This document shows, in pieces, positions 1 through 9,556 of a stretch of 64,000 bases of DNA. Numbering within the stretch: position 1 is the first letter of the stretch; the number at the start of each line of letters is the position of its first letter. The notes beneath the pieces were generated by a model that saw nothing but the letters and a program-made list of their open reading frames with translations, ran no database searches and was not told where the DNA came from. A program made the translations under genes and the position numbers. This DNA comes from Deltaproteobacteria bacterium. GTDB lineage: Bacteria > Desulfobacterota > Binatia > HRBIN30. The stretch spans positions 105-64,104 of the forward strand of contig JACQEN010000188.1 of NCBI GenBank assembly GCA_016200585.1. Direction: 5' to 3'.

Positions 1-2073
1 GCGACCATTGTATCGATCGCTCCCGATTACAACGCCAGCTCGGTCCACGCCGACCTGTGGGTGAACCCGCGCATCGGCAGCGATGCGGCGCTCGGGCTGT
101 CGATGGCGCAGGTCATCATCAGCGAGAACCTGTTCAAGCCCGAGTACGTGCAGGAGCAAACCGATCTGCCGTTTCTGATCCGCGACGATACCAAGCGCTA
201 CCTGCGCCAGAGCGACATGCAAGCGAAGGGCAAAGACGACGTCTTCTACTTCTGGGACGAAGCCTCGAAGCAAGCGGTCGAGACGCCGGGCAGCGAAGGC
301 AGTCGGACGCAGGACCTGCATCTCGGCTCCATCAAGCCGGCGTTGCACGGAACCTTCACCGTGAAGTTGGCCGACGGCAAGCAAGTCGCCGTGCGGCCCT
401 TGCTCGACGTCCTTGCCGATCATCTGCAGCAGTACACACCGGAGCGTGCGGCGAAGATCACCACCGTCGACGCGGCGACGATCCGCCGTATGGCGCGCGA
501 TATGGCGAAGGCGAAAACGGCGATGATCTTCGCGTCGTGGGGCTCGTGCAAACACTACCACTCGGATCTGATGCAACGCAGCATGTGTCTGCTGATGGCG
601 CTCACCGGCAACCAGGGCAAACGCGGCGGCGGCATCCGTCCGGGGGCGTGGTACAGCATCGATGCGTTGAGCGAGATCTCCAGCGAGGTCGAGGTGCCGT
701 TCTACCAGAAGTTGCTGTTGAAGGTGATGTCGCCGAAGACGCGCGACTTCGAAAACTTCATGACCAAACACAGCTGGGAACGGCCGTTCACGCCGACTCT
801 GCCGTTTCTCTACGTACACGCCGGCATGAACGAGGTGTGCGACCGCAAGGACTTCAACGACCCGGCGTTGCCGCGCGGCGTCGCCGAGTACGTGAAGGAA
901 GCGATGGAGAAGAAGTGGCTGCGCGTTTCGCCGCCGCCCGAGCGTCCCCCGAAGGTGTACTTCTACACCGGAGCCAATCCGTTGCGCCGCTGGCCGGTGC
1001 CGCAGTTGGCGCGCAAGCATCTGTGGCCCAAGCTCGACATGATCGTCAACGTCAACTTCCGCATGTCATCGACCGGACTCGAGTCGGACGTGTTGCTGCC
1101 GGCCGCCGCCTACTACGAGAAGATCGGTCTGAAGTATCCGCAGAGTCTGGTGCCGTACGTCATCTTTGCCGACCAGGCGGTCAAGCCGATGGAAGACGCC
1201 AAAGCCGAGTTCGCCATCTTTGCTCTGCTGGCGCAAAAACTTCAGGAGCGGGCGCGGGCGCGCGACATCAAACCGTTCACGGACCACTACGGCATCGAAC
1301 GCGACTACGCCAACTTCTTCGAGAAATACCGCATGGACGGGTTGATGGAGGTCGGCAACGAAGAAAAGGCGATGGACTTCATGATCCAGAATTCGGCGGT
1401 GACCAAGGGTTTCACCTGGAACGACGCCAAAGCCAAAGGTGCGTTGCCGGTGCAGGCCATCGGCCGTTACGGGCCGCACAACGCGATCTGCAGCGACTTC
1501 GAACCTGGCGACACCGTCTATCCGCAGCGTTGGTTCGTCGAGAAGAAGGAGCCGTGGCCGACGCTTACGGGACGGCAGCAATTCCTTCTCGATCATCCAT
1601 GGTATGTCGAAACCGGCGAGGCTCTACCGGTGCACAAGGACGCGCCGATGGCCGGCGGCAACTATCCGTTGCGTCTCACCGGCGGGCACACGCGCTGGTC
1701 GATCCACGGCATCTGGCGTGATCAGCGGCACCTCCTGCGTCTGCAACGCGGCGAGCCGGTGATGTACATGAACGTCGACGACGCCGAGCACCGCGGCTTG
1801 AAGGATCACGACATGGCGCGGGTGTTCAACGACGTCGGAGCGTTTCACATTCACGTCAAACCCTCGCGTCAGCTGCAGCCCGGCCAAGTGGTCGTGTACC
1901 ACGCCTGGGAGAACCACCAGTTCAAGAACTGGATACAGAGCCAGGAAGCGGTGCCGTCGCCGTGGAAGCCGCAGCACGTCGCCGGCGGCTACGGACACAT
2001 CCACTACCGCATGTTCTCGTACGCGCCGAGCCACGGACCGCGCGGTACGACCGTGGATGTGGAGCGGGCGTAG
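1..2073 (+). CDS. NarG-like (type II DMSO-reductase family) molybdopterin oxidoreductase catalytic subunit, paralog 1; 5' end cut by window edge
   Basis: Frame 1 is open from base 1 (ATIVSIAPDYNASSVHADLWVNPRIG...) into track ORF 61..2073. Collinear with the complete paralogs at 11118 and 17170 (blocks EQTDLPFL, WPTLTGRQQF, GGHTRWSIH, LRLQRGEP, VYHAWE). Confidence 0.85.
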   Translation, partial: ATIVSIAPDYNASSVHADLWVNPRIGSDAALGLSMAQVIISENLFKPEYVQEQTDLPFLIRDDTKRYLRQSDMQAKGKDDVFYFWDEASKQAVETPGSEGSRTQDLHLGSIKPALHGTFTVKLADGKQVAVRPLLDVLADHLQQYTPERAAKITTVDAATIRRMARDMAKAKTAMIFASWGSCKHYHSDLMQRSMCLLMALTGNQGKRGGGIRPGAWYSIDALSEISSEVEVPFYQKLLLKVMSPKTRDFENFMTKHSWERPFTPTLPFLYVHAGMNEVCDRKDFNDPALPRGVAEYVKEAMEKKWLRVSPPPERPPKVYFYTGANPLRRWPVPQLARKHLWPKLDMIVNVNFRMSSTGLESDVLLPAAAYYEKIGLKYPQSLVPYVIFADQAVKPMEDAKAEFAIFALLAQKLQERARARDIKPFTDHYGIERDYANFFEKYRMDGLMEVGNEEKAMDFMIQNSAVTKGFTWNDAKAKGALPVQAIGRYGPHNAICSDFEPGDTVYPQRWFVEKKEPWPTLTGRQQFLLDHPWYVETGEALPVHKDAPMAGGNYPLRLTGGHTRWSIHGIWRDQRHLLRLQRGEPVMYMNVDDAEHRGLKDHDMARVFNDVGAFHIHVKPSRQLQPGQVVVYHAWENHQFKNWIQSQEAVPSPWKPQHVAGGYGHIHYRMFSYAPSHGPRGTTVDVERA

Positions 2074-2169
2074 AGCGGCTTGCGTAGGGCGTCAGGAACC
2101 TGCCGGGTGTGACGCGCTCGGGCTGTGAAAATGAAACTGCAGCGGGTCGTAGCGAACGCCGTCGATCAC

Positions 2170-3582
2170 TCAGGCCGCGGCAACGCGCCGTGCCGGGGCC
2201 TCGCGCCTATCGGCGCTCGACGTCTGTACGGCGAGATGGCGTGCCAGGCGTTTGCCTAGCGCTACCAGCGTAAGCACCGGTGGCAGTCCCCAAGCCTCGG
2301 GGATCACCGAGCAGTCGCAGACGTACAGATTTCGGTAGGCCGTTTGCAGGTTGGCATCGACCAACTGGCCGATCTTTACCGTGCCACCCGGATGCGCCGC
2401 CATGTAGCCGGTCTTGTAGATGTCTGTAGCGCCGGCCTGCCGCAGAATGCGTTTGGCGTTTTCGAAACCGTGTTGCAGCTTCGCGTGGTCGTCTGCACTC
2501 AGCTTCTTGCGCACTCCGCCGTGGTCGGTAAGACGGCCGCCGAGGGTATCCTTCACCTTCACCATGATGCGTGCGGTGCTGCGGAAGTTGAAAAGCTTTG
2601 TCAGGCGTCCAACCTGTGCGCTGAAAGCGAAGTGGGTCGCCGGCGGGATCGCCATGTCGGTCATGATGTATCCCTCATCCTGCAAGTGGATGCCGGCGGA
2701 CATCGGGATCTCGTTGTGACGTAACCTTACATCCTTCATCGTCCCGCAGACCGTGATCAGCGGGTCGAAAAAGAATTCGTTTCCAGCCTCACGGATGCCA
2801 CTGTGGCGCAGGATAACCGGCGAGCCGATCCCGCCGGCGGCCACTACGATGGTCGGCGCACCGATCTTTCGATGTTCCCCGTTCTGAATGAGCTCCACGC
2901 CGGTTGCCGTGTTGTTCTCGACGATCACGCGCGTGACCTTTGCGCCGTTCAGCAACGTCGCTCCTTGAGCCAGTGCCTCCTGCACGTACATCCGCGCGCT
3001 CCACTTCACGCCGTGTGGGTCGCCGTAGTACCCGAACCGGAATTCCGGCTTCCACCGGGCCTGGTCCATGAACTTGTCCAGTCGCCGCCAGTGGAAGCCG
3101 AGCTGTTGCGCGCTCTCCATCAGGCGGTTCGCCATCGGGGTCATCATCTCGTCCTTGAGTGGCCCGATGGGCAGTTCCTTCCAAACCTGTGCGACATCGT
3201 CCGCAAGGTCCACTCCGTAGGATCGCAACATTTCAAGCGGCACGGGAAAGCACGTGGCATAGTAGAAGAGCGAGCTGCCGCCGGTGGTGATGCCGCGCAC
3301 CATGCCCAACATATCAGTTGTCAGCAGCAGGCTCCTTCCGGGAGCCAACAGCTCGCGGCCGTATTGGCCGAGCGTTCCGCGGACCGGCCCTCCGGCGCCC
3401 CACTCCAGGATCAGCACCTTCTTGCCGCGGCTGGACAGTTCCTTTGCGACCGTCGCCCCGCCAGGGCCCGATCCAACTACAATGACGTCGACCGCTGCTG
3501 TACCAGCGCCGTTTATTGAGTGTACCTCCAGGCGAGAAATACACCCAAGGGAGCCTTCGCGCAGCCCCCCCAATGAAGGCAA
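2170..3582 (-). CDS. GMC-family FAD-dependent oxidoreductase
   Basis: Rossmann motif VDVIVVGSGPGGATVAKELSSRGKKVLILEWG and GMC-like C-terminus (HPGGTVKIG, YVCDCSVIP). Start uncertain: TTG at 3582 chosen. Alternatives are GTG 3672 (GTGA overlap with the vapC stop) or the ORF maximum 3792 (would overlap vapC by 124 nt). Confidence 0.8.
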   Translation of the reverse strand: MPSLGGLREGSLGCISRLEVHSINGAGTAAVDVIVVGSGPGGATVAKELSSRGKKVLILEWGAGGPVRGTLGQYGRELLAPGRSLLLTTDMLGMVRGITTGGSSLFYYATCFPVPLEMLRSYGVDLADDVAQVWKELPIGPLKDEMMTPMANRLMESAQQLGFHWRRLDKFMDQARWKPEFRFGYYGDPHGVKWSARMYVQEALAQGATLLNGAKVTRVIVENNTATGVELIQNGEHRKIGAPTIVVAAGGIGSPVILRHSGIREAGNEFFFDPLITVCGTMKDVRLRHNEIPMSAGIHLQDEGYIMTDMAIPPATHFAFSAQVGRLTKLFNFRSTARIMVKVKDTLGGRLTDHGGVRKKLSADDHAKLQHGFENAKRILRQAGATDIYKTGYMAAHPGGTVKIGQLVDANLQTAYRNLYVCDCSVIPEAWGLPPVLTLVALGKRLARHLAVQTSSADRREAPARRVAAA

Positions 3583-3668
3583 CCCGATTCGGGCGGGGAT
3601 TGCATCGACGTTGAATCGCCAGGTTGAAATCAGGCGCCCGTGTACGAGACGGTCCCGTGATCCCGAGA

Positions 3669-4040
3669 TCACAGTTCCAGGGCGAGGTGTGCCGGAAGGT
3701 TGTCGAGCATGGTGCCGTGCGACGTGGCGAGCCGCCAGCCGCGATGGACGGCGTGCGCCGCAATCAGGCGGTCGAATGGATCGCGTGTCCATGTCAGCTC
3801 CAATGCGTGGCCAACTAACGAGGACAGTGTCAGGTCATCAACGGTCCAGCGTGGATCTCCCGCAACCGCGTCGACCGGGTGTGCCGTCGTAAACGTCCCC
3901 CGACCAACTTCTTGGAGAAACTGCAACTCCAATAGGGCGACTGGAGTGAACCGAAGCTTGCCAGCGTACGGACGGAGTGGGCGCGCGCGCCGGTGGCCGG
4001 CGAGCAGAAACAATACGGCGCTGGTATCGAGCAGGATCAT
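3669..4040 (-). CDS. vapC: PIN-domain toxin (VapC-type ribonuclease)
   Basis: 123 aa, MILLDTSAV start with an early acidic residue, LLELQ, and the DPFDRLIAAHA motif typical of PIN toxins. Its ATG overlaps the upstream antitoxin stop (ATGA, 4037-4040). Confidence 0.8.
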   Translation of the reverse strand: MILLDTSAVLFLLAGHRRARPLRPYAGKLRFTPVALLELQFLQEVGRGTFTTAHPVDAVAGDPRWTVDDLTLSSLVGHALELTWTRDPFDRLIAAHAVHRGWRLATSHGTMLDNLPAHLALEL

Positions 4041-4303
4041 CGGGCGCGCTTAGCGCCCCGTGACGTCCGCAAGCGCATGGGCCGGCCTGGCGCGGTCCAC
4101 TCCCAGGTCCAACCGGACTCGAGCAACTGCGGGTCCGTGACCTGGAAGAATGCTTTGACGCGCGCTCTTGGGCTGCGGGGCGTATCCGCCACAAGGCGAA
4201 AGCGCCGACCGCGGCGAGCAATCACAACCGGCTCTCCGCGCTCCGCATGATCAAGGGCACCCGCCAGATGCTCGCGCAACTCGGAGACCGTGTACTGTTT
4301 CAT
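4037..4303 (-). CDS. Phd/YefM-type antitoxin partner of VapC
   Basis: MKQYTVSELREHLAGALDHAERGEPVVIARRGRRFRLV resembles Phd/YefM N-termini. 4-nt overlap with the toxin gene. ATG at 4303 chosen; the track ORF starts at TTG 4321. Confidence 0.7.
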   Translation of the reverse strand: MKQYTVSELREHLAGALDHAERGEPVVIARRGRRFRLVADTPRSPRARVKAFFQVTDPQLLESGWTWEWTAPGRPMRLRTSRGAKRAR

Positions 4304-4306
4304 GCG

Positions 4307-4320
4307 TGTACAAATGTACA
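4307..4320 (-). promoter_or_regulatory. Two TGTACA palindromic hexamers (TGTACA-AA-TGTACA) abutting the antitoxin start; candidate TA autoregulatory operator
   Basis: Read directly at 4307-4320, 4 nt upstream of ATG 4303. TA operons are commonly autoregulated through palindromes at the promoter. Confidence 0.3.
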
Positions 4321-4405
4321 AGAATCAAAAAGCAAAGGCAACGGGATCGGCAGCTCGCGCTCAACGCCTACGTGATTCTACCCCACGACGCAGGACAGAT
4401 TTCCA

Positions 4406-4435
4406 TTGACAAGCGCGGTCGTGGTGTGCTATGCG
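4406..4435 (+). promoter_or_regulatory. Candidate sigma70-type promoter (TTGACA-N18-TATGCG) about 270 nt upstream of the 4709 CDS
   Basis: Perfect -35 hexamer at 4406-4411 and a weak -10 at 4430-4435. No experimental support. Confidence 0.25.
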
Positions 4436-4708
4436 CGGATGGGGCCAAGGGGGGGATCTTACGCGGGTGTTTCATCAAACCCGGTCCGCCTGACCTCTAT
4501 ACGAATGCGCCGGGGTGAACTGCACAACGCTACCAAGATGAGATGGTGATCAAGACGAGTCTGTAGCCGCCCGCAGATCCTCGATCGGTGGGACTGCGGA
4601 AGCGGCATGAGCCCTAGCCGTCTACGGACCACGGAAATTCCGAACGGTGCTACCGAACCCATTGGAGCGCGAAGCGCGCACGGGCAAGAGTTTCAAAGGG
4701 GGGGCAAG

Positions 4709-6574
4709 ATGGACCAGCGGGGAACTGCGCTACGACCTTCTTCGGGGATCTCGTCGACTCACGTGCGCAGTTGCGTCTGCGCAACCATCGGACTGCTAGC
4801 GACGCTATTCGCGGCGGCGGCCGCGCCGGCGCAATTGGCTATCGACGGTGGTCCGGTATACGCCGGCAGTGGTGGTGTGAGCGGCAGTTGTACAATTTCT
4901 GGCTCACCCTGCCTGACAGGCGGGGCGACGATGACCTGCAGTGGGCTCAATCCGGCGTCGTTCCAGAAGCTATATTTTGGCATCAAGAATAGTTCATTCG
5001 TGAACGGTGACAACGAAACGGGTAGCAGTGGCCCTGCCGCCGGGATTAATCAATTCCATTTTGCCAGCACCTCGAGCAACACGATCGTCTACACGGGCTC
5101 GACGACCGTGTTTGATGTTCCGACGGGAACCACGAAGGCGGTCAATACCAGATTGGTTCTCGCCGTCAGCGCCGGAACCGCATCGGTGGTGGCGACCAAT
5201 GGTAGTCCGGCCGGCAACAGCAACGGCGACATAACGGACGTCTTCCAAGTATCGAGCACCAACCTGACCGTGACGGTGAACTTACAGGCGGCGCTGGCTC
5301 CGACCACAGCGAGCGCCAACTCGTGTCCCACAGTGTTCAACCCGGCGGCGACGCGTGATGGTACCGACAAGGATGTCAGCCACGTGGACCTGGCCTTCTA
5401 CTTCCAGAACCTCCCGACGCCGACACCAACGCGAACGCCAACGTTGACTCCAACCCGGACTCCGACTCTTACCGCAACCCGGACGCCGACCAACACGCCG
5501 ACCTCGACGCCGAGCAGCACACCGACGAACACGCCGACCCGTACACCCACGAGCACGCCGTCCAGCACACCAACCAACACACCGAGCAACTCACCGACGC
5601 AGACACCAAGCGATACGCCAACCGAAACCCCGACCGCCTCGCCGACGGACACACCAACAAGCACGCCGACCGAGACGGAGACCGAAACCCCGACCGAAAC
5701 CCCGACAGAGACCCCAACTGACTCTCCGACCGTGACATCGACAAGTCTACCCACCGGCACACCGACAGGTACGCCAACCGCCACGTCCACCCCTACTGTG
5801 ACACGAACGCCGACACGGACGCCGCTCAATTTCACCCCCAACACCGCTACAGCGACGTCTGCGCCAACCGGAACGCCGACCGAGACGCCTACGGAAACGG
5901 TGACCCCGACGCCCAGTGAAACGTTGGCCCCTGGTGTCCCGACCTACACTCCGACGCAGACGCCGACCCAAACTGCGACGCCCGTATCGACACAAACGGC
6001 CACAGATACTCCGACCCCGCTGGGTCAGTGTGCTCTGGCTCCGGTCGCCGGGTGCAAGCTGCCGACGCCGGCGAAGGGCATCTTGTCGCTCAATAGGACC
6101 GCCCTGAATCCCGCCAAACACACAATGTCTTGGAGCTGGTTGAAGGGCGCGGATACGCAGCTCACGGAGCTCGGCGATCCCACCACGGCAACCAACTACA
6201 GGTTGTGTCTCTACGACGGGTCGAACACGTTGATCATGGACGTCTCGGTGCCCGCCGGCGGGCTTTGCGGAACCAACCCGAAGCCGTGCTGGAAATCGAC
6301 GCGCACCGGATTCAAGTACTCGAACCGGCTGGGCACCCCGAACGGAGTCACCAGCGTGCGTTTGCAGTATGGCCCGATCGGTAAGGCGAAGCTCACGATC
6401 AAGGGGAAGGGACTGAATCTCAATCTGCCGGCATTGCCGTTGGCACAATCTCCCAATCCGGTGCGTGTCCAGCTGGTCAACAGCTCGACGACCGCTTGTT
6501 GGGAGGCGAGCTACAGTTCGCCTGCGACCAGCGCGGCTGGTAGCACCTTGAAGTGGAAGGATCGCAATGACTGA
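4709..6574 (+). CDS. Secreted modular protein P1: unassigned N-terminal domain, about 200-aa Pro/Thr linker, Cys-bearing C-terminal module
   Basis: ATG 4709 preceded by AAAGGGGGGG. Signal-like [21 protein letters not shown] linker aa 270-471 of the track ORF. C-terminal module (6029-6571) alignable with the C-terminus of the 40371 protein. Confidence 0.7.
   Translation: MDQRGTALRPSSGISSTHVRSCVCATIGLLATLFAAAAAPAQLAIDGGPVYAGSGGVSGSCTISGSPCLTGGATMTCSGLNPASFQKLYFGIKNSSFVNGDNETGSSGPAAGINQFHFASTSSNTIVYTGSTTVFDVPTGTTKAVNTRLVLAVSAGTASVVATNGSPAGNSNGDITDVFQVSSTNLTVTVNLQAALAPTTASANSCPTVFNPAATRDGTDKDVSHVDLAFYFQNLPTPTPTRTPTLTPTRTPTLTATRTPTNTPTSTPSSTPTNTPTRTPTSTPSSTPTNTPSNSPTQTPSDTPTETPTASPTDTPTSTPTETETETPTETPTETPTDSPTVTSTSLPTGTPTGTPTATSTPTVTRTPTRTPLNFTPNTATATSAPTGTPTETPTETVTPTPSETLAPGVPTYTPTQTPTQTATPVSTQTATDTPTPLGQCALAPVAGCKLPTPAKGILSLNRTALNPAKHTMSWSWLKGADTQLTELGDPTTATNYRLCLYDGSNTLIMDVSVPAGGLCGTNPKPCWKSTRTGFKYSNRLGTPNGVTSVRLQYGPIGKAKLTIKGKGLNLNLPALPLAQSPNPVRVQLVNSSTTACWEASYSSPATSAAGSTLKWKDRND
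5414..6019 (+). repeat. In-frame Pro/Thr-rich low-complexity linker coding region (xTPT units)
   Basis: Translation is [40 protein letters not shown]... The antisense strand yields the spurious VGV-rich ORFs listed in the track. Confidence 0.9.
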
Positions 6575-6759
6575 GTGGCAGGAGAAGCTGCGGCCGGGTC
6601 GCGCGGCTTTGCCGTCGCCGGCCGGCAACCGGGGCCAAAAGGGGAGAGGTCGAAGGCGCGTCGCATTTGACCTAACACGGTAACGATCAAGGCGTCGCGG
6701 TGGTTTCGCGTTTCGGCTTGGTATAGCCTCGGCGCGCCGAAACGATGCATCTGTAGACC

Positions 6760-9528
6760 ATGATACGTCTTCTGCTGATCGAAGATGACGACAGCGACGC
6801 GCTCCTCATCACCAACGAGCTGCGACGCTGCGGCTATGAGGTGATGTGGGAGCGAGTAGACAGCGCCGCAGCCCTTGAGGCAGCCCTCGCCGGCCAGCGC
6901 TGGGATGCGATTACCTGCGATTGGGTCATACCGAGCTTCAGCGCTTCCGCGGCGCTCGAGATTCTGTGCCGATGCGGTGTTGATGTGCCGATCATTGTCG
7001 TGACGGGCGAGGTCGGAGAAGAAGTCGCCGTTTCTGCCATGCGGGCCGGAGCGCACGACGTCGTCAGCAAACGCCACCTGGCGCGCCTCGTTCCCGCGAT
7101 CGAGCGCGAGCTGCGCGAAACGGAAGTGCGCCGGGCACGCAAACGTGCCGAGGATGCTCTCAAGGAAAGCGAGCGGCGATTCCGCTCACTCATCGAGAAG
7201 GCACTGGATTTGGTGGGGATCGTCGAAGCGGACGGTACGATCCGCTATGCCAGCCCGTCGCACGAAGAGGCAACGGGCTACAAGCCCGAAGAGTTGGTGG
7301 GGAAGAACGCCTTCGACTTCGTGCATCCCGACGATCGTGCGCGGGTGCTCCGCGGCTACGCCTCAGGGCTGAGGTTCCAGGAGCAGCGAGGCTCTACCGA
7401 ATATCGTTTTCGTCGCAAGGACGGTTCGTGGTGCGTGATCGAAGGGGTTGCCAGAGACCTGACCAATGATCCTCTGGTGCGAGGAGTCCTGGTCAACTCG
7501 CGCGACATCAGCAAACGCAAACAAGCCGAACACATTCTGCGCGAGCGCACCCGCTTGGTCGATGCGGTGTTCGAGCACAGCGTCAGCTGCCTGGTTCTGC
7601 TCGATCGGCACTTCAATTTCGTGCGCGTCAACCCCGCCTATGCTCGTGCTTGTCGGCGCGAGGTCGACGATTTCGTCGGCCGCAATCACTTTGATCTCTA
7701 CCCTTCCGATGCACGGGCGATCTTCGAGCAAGTCGTCGAGACCAAACAGCCGTTCTGCACGATCGCCAGGCCGTTCTCGTTTCCCGACCAACCCGAGCGC
7801 GGGGTGACGTATTGGGATTGGACGCTGGTGCCGTTGCTCGACGAACACGGCGAGGTGGAGTTCTTGCTCTTCTCCTTGCACGACGTTACCGAACACGTTC
7901 GGGCGCTCGACGTCGTGCGCGCCAACGAGGAACGACTGCAGGTTGCGCTGCAGGTTGCCGACATTGCCGCGTTCAACCAGGACCGCGACTTGCGCTACAC
8001 GTGGATGGACAATCCGCAGCTGGGATACTCTCTCGAACAGGTCCTCGGCCGGACCGACGCTGATTTGCTTCCATCCGGCGTCGCCGAGCGCATCATGGAA
8101 ATCAAACGCGGCGTGATCGAAACGAACGTCGGCGCTCGCGAGGAGGTCCGCGTCGACAGTGACGATGGCCGAACCCGGTACTATGATCTTGCCGTCAAGC
8201 CTTTGTGTGACGCGGCCGGGAAGGTTGTCGGCTTGACGGGCGCGTCTTTCGACATCACCGAACGCAAGCGAGCAGAAGAAGCTCTGAGGGCGGACGCCGT
8301 CCGTCTCGAGACGTTGCAGGAGATCTATCGCGCTATCCTCGAAGCTCGTTCCATTCCCGCGCTTGCCGCGGCGGCGCTACGGCGTATCCGTCAGTTGATT
8401 CCCTGCGATCTGGCGATTCTGCTCTTGTTCGATGTCGAGACGCAGGTCGCGCGCGTCGTTGCGGTCGAGGCGATCGATCCGGAACGGGTTCGTGACATAG
8501 TGGAGTTTCCCTTGGGTGATTTTTCCGCTCTTTCTGCGCTTGCCGAGCATCCCGAGATATCCTTGGACGACATTGCCGGGTTGGTCATACGTTCCCCGAT
8601 GATCGAACGCCTGGCCAGCCCGGGCCTCCACTCGGTGCTGATCGAAGCGCTGATCGTCGAGGGGAAGATTCTCGGCACTCTGAATCTCGCCGCGGTTCGT
8701 CGCGCGGCGTTTACAGCTGATCATTGCAAGATTGCGCGCGAAGTCGCGGATCAACTGTCCATCGCCATCCACCAGACGCACCTGCACGAGCAACTGCAAC
8801 GGCATGCCGCGGAACTGGAGCAGAGGGTGCGTGAACGTACGGCACAGCACGAAGCCGCCAATCGTGAGCTGGCGGCGTTCAGCTATTCCGTCTCCCACGA
8901 TTTGCGCGTGCCGCTTCGTTTGATCGGCAGCTTCGGTGAAATCCTCCAGGAAGAATACGCCACGACATTGCCGGCCCAAGGCCGAGAGTACATCGAGCGC
9001 ATCGTCGCTGCAGCGACGCGCATGGGGCAGCTCATCCAAGACCTCCTCACTCTGTCGCACGTCGTCCAACGAGAGATGACCTCGGTGCCGGTCAACCTCA
9101 GCGAGCTGGCGCAGCTCATCGTGGAGGATCTGCGCCGAGCCGCACCGCAGCGGCGCGTTGAATTCGTTACCGCGCCCGACCTTGTCGCAACCGGAGATCC
9201 TGGTCTGTTGCGCATTGTCCTCGAAAATCTCCTCGGCAACGCCTGGAAGTACACCAGCAAGCATTCGAGTGCACGGATCGAGTTCGGCAGATTCGAACGA
9301 GACGGCGTTGCGACATACTTCGTTCGCGACGATGGCGCCGGCTTCGATATGAAGTCCGGGGAGAAGCTTTTCGGCGCCTTCCAGCGTCTCCACAGTGCAT
9401 CGGAATTCGAGGGGACGGGCATCGGCCTGGCGACGGTGCAACGCATCATTCAGCGCCATGGCGGCCGCGTTTGGGCCGAAAGCGCCGTTGGCGAGGGAGC
9501 GACCTTCTATTTCACGCTAGGTTCCTGA
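6760..9528 (+). CDS. Hybrid sensor: N-terminal receiver, PAS repeats, GAF, HisKA and HATPase histidine kinase
   Basis: REC (LLLIEDDDSDALLI...AITCDWVIP), PAS-like segments (RYASPSHEEATGYKPEELVGKNAFDFVHPDD), H-box FSYSVSHDLRVPLR, G-boxes DDGAGFD and GTGIGLATVQRII. Confidence 0.9.
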   Translation: MIRLLLIEDDDSDALLITNELRRCGYEVMWERVDSAAALEAALAGQRWDAITCDWVIPSFSASAALEILCRCGVDVPIIVVTGEVGEEVAVSAMRAGAHDVVSKRHLARLVPAIERELRETEVRRARKRAEDALKESERRFRSLIEKALDLVGIVEADGTIRYASPSHEEATGYKPEELVGKNAFDFVHPDDRARVLRGYASGLRFQEQRGSTEYRFRRKDGSWCVIEGVARDLTNDPLVRGVLVNSRDISKRKQAEHILRERTRLVDAVFEHSVSCLVLLDRHFNFVRVNPAYARACRREVDDFVGRNHFDLYPSDARAIFEQVVETKQPFCTIARPFSFPDQPERGVTYWDWTLVPLLDEHGEVEFLLFSLHDVTEHVRALDVVRANEERLQVALQVADIAAFNQDRDLRYTWMDNPQLGYSLEQVLGRTDADLLPSGVAERIMEIKRGVIETNVGAREEVRVDSDDGRTRYYDLAVKPLCDAAGKVVGLTGASFDITERKRAEEALRADAVRLETLQEIYRAILEARSIPALAAAALRRIRQLIPCDLAILLLFDVETQVARVVAVEAIDPERVRDIVEFPLGDFSALSALAEHPEISLDDIAGLVIRSPMIERLASPGLHSVLIEALIVEGKILGTLNLAAVRRAAFTADHCKIAREVADQLSIAIHQTHLHEQLQRHAAELEQRVRERTAQHEAANRELAAFSYSVSHDLRVPLRLIGSFGEILQEEYATTLPAQGREYIERIVAAATRMGQLIQDLLTLSHVVQREMTSVPVNLSELAQLIVEDLRRAAPQRRVEFVTAPDLVATGDPGLLRIVLENLLGNAWKYTSKHSSARIEFGRFERDGVATYFVRDDGAGFDMKSGEKLFGAFQRLHSASEFEGTGIGLATVQRIIQRHGGRVWAESAVGEGATFYFTLGS

Positions 9529-9556
9529 AGACGCATCTGCGACGTCGATTACAAGC

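Noticed and set aside
57-1721. Very long alternative-frame or antisense ORFs in the track. Examples: 57..1721 +, 23444..25168 +, 29649..30893 +, 31000..32319 -, 38357..39769 -, 53255..54370 -, 56205..57209 +, 59733..60728 +, 60514..61653 -, 61351..62457 +.
   Set aside because: Their translations are Arg/Ala/Gly/Pro-rich low-information strings typical of off-frame reading in GC-rich DNA. Each overlaps a frame with clear family motifs. I saw no signal of real dual coding.
5398-5844. VGV-repeat ORFs (5398..5844 -, 14623..14931 +, 15382..15810 +, 15817..16146 +, 53665..54090 -).
   Set aside because: They are the reverse complements of the Pro/Thr linker codons (ACN-CCN read backwards gives GTN-GGN). 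They are artefacts of the repeats, not genes.
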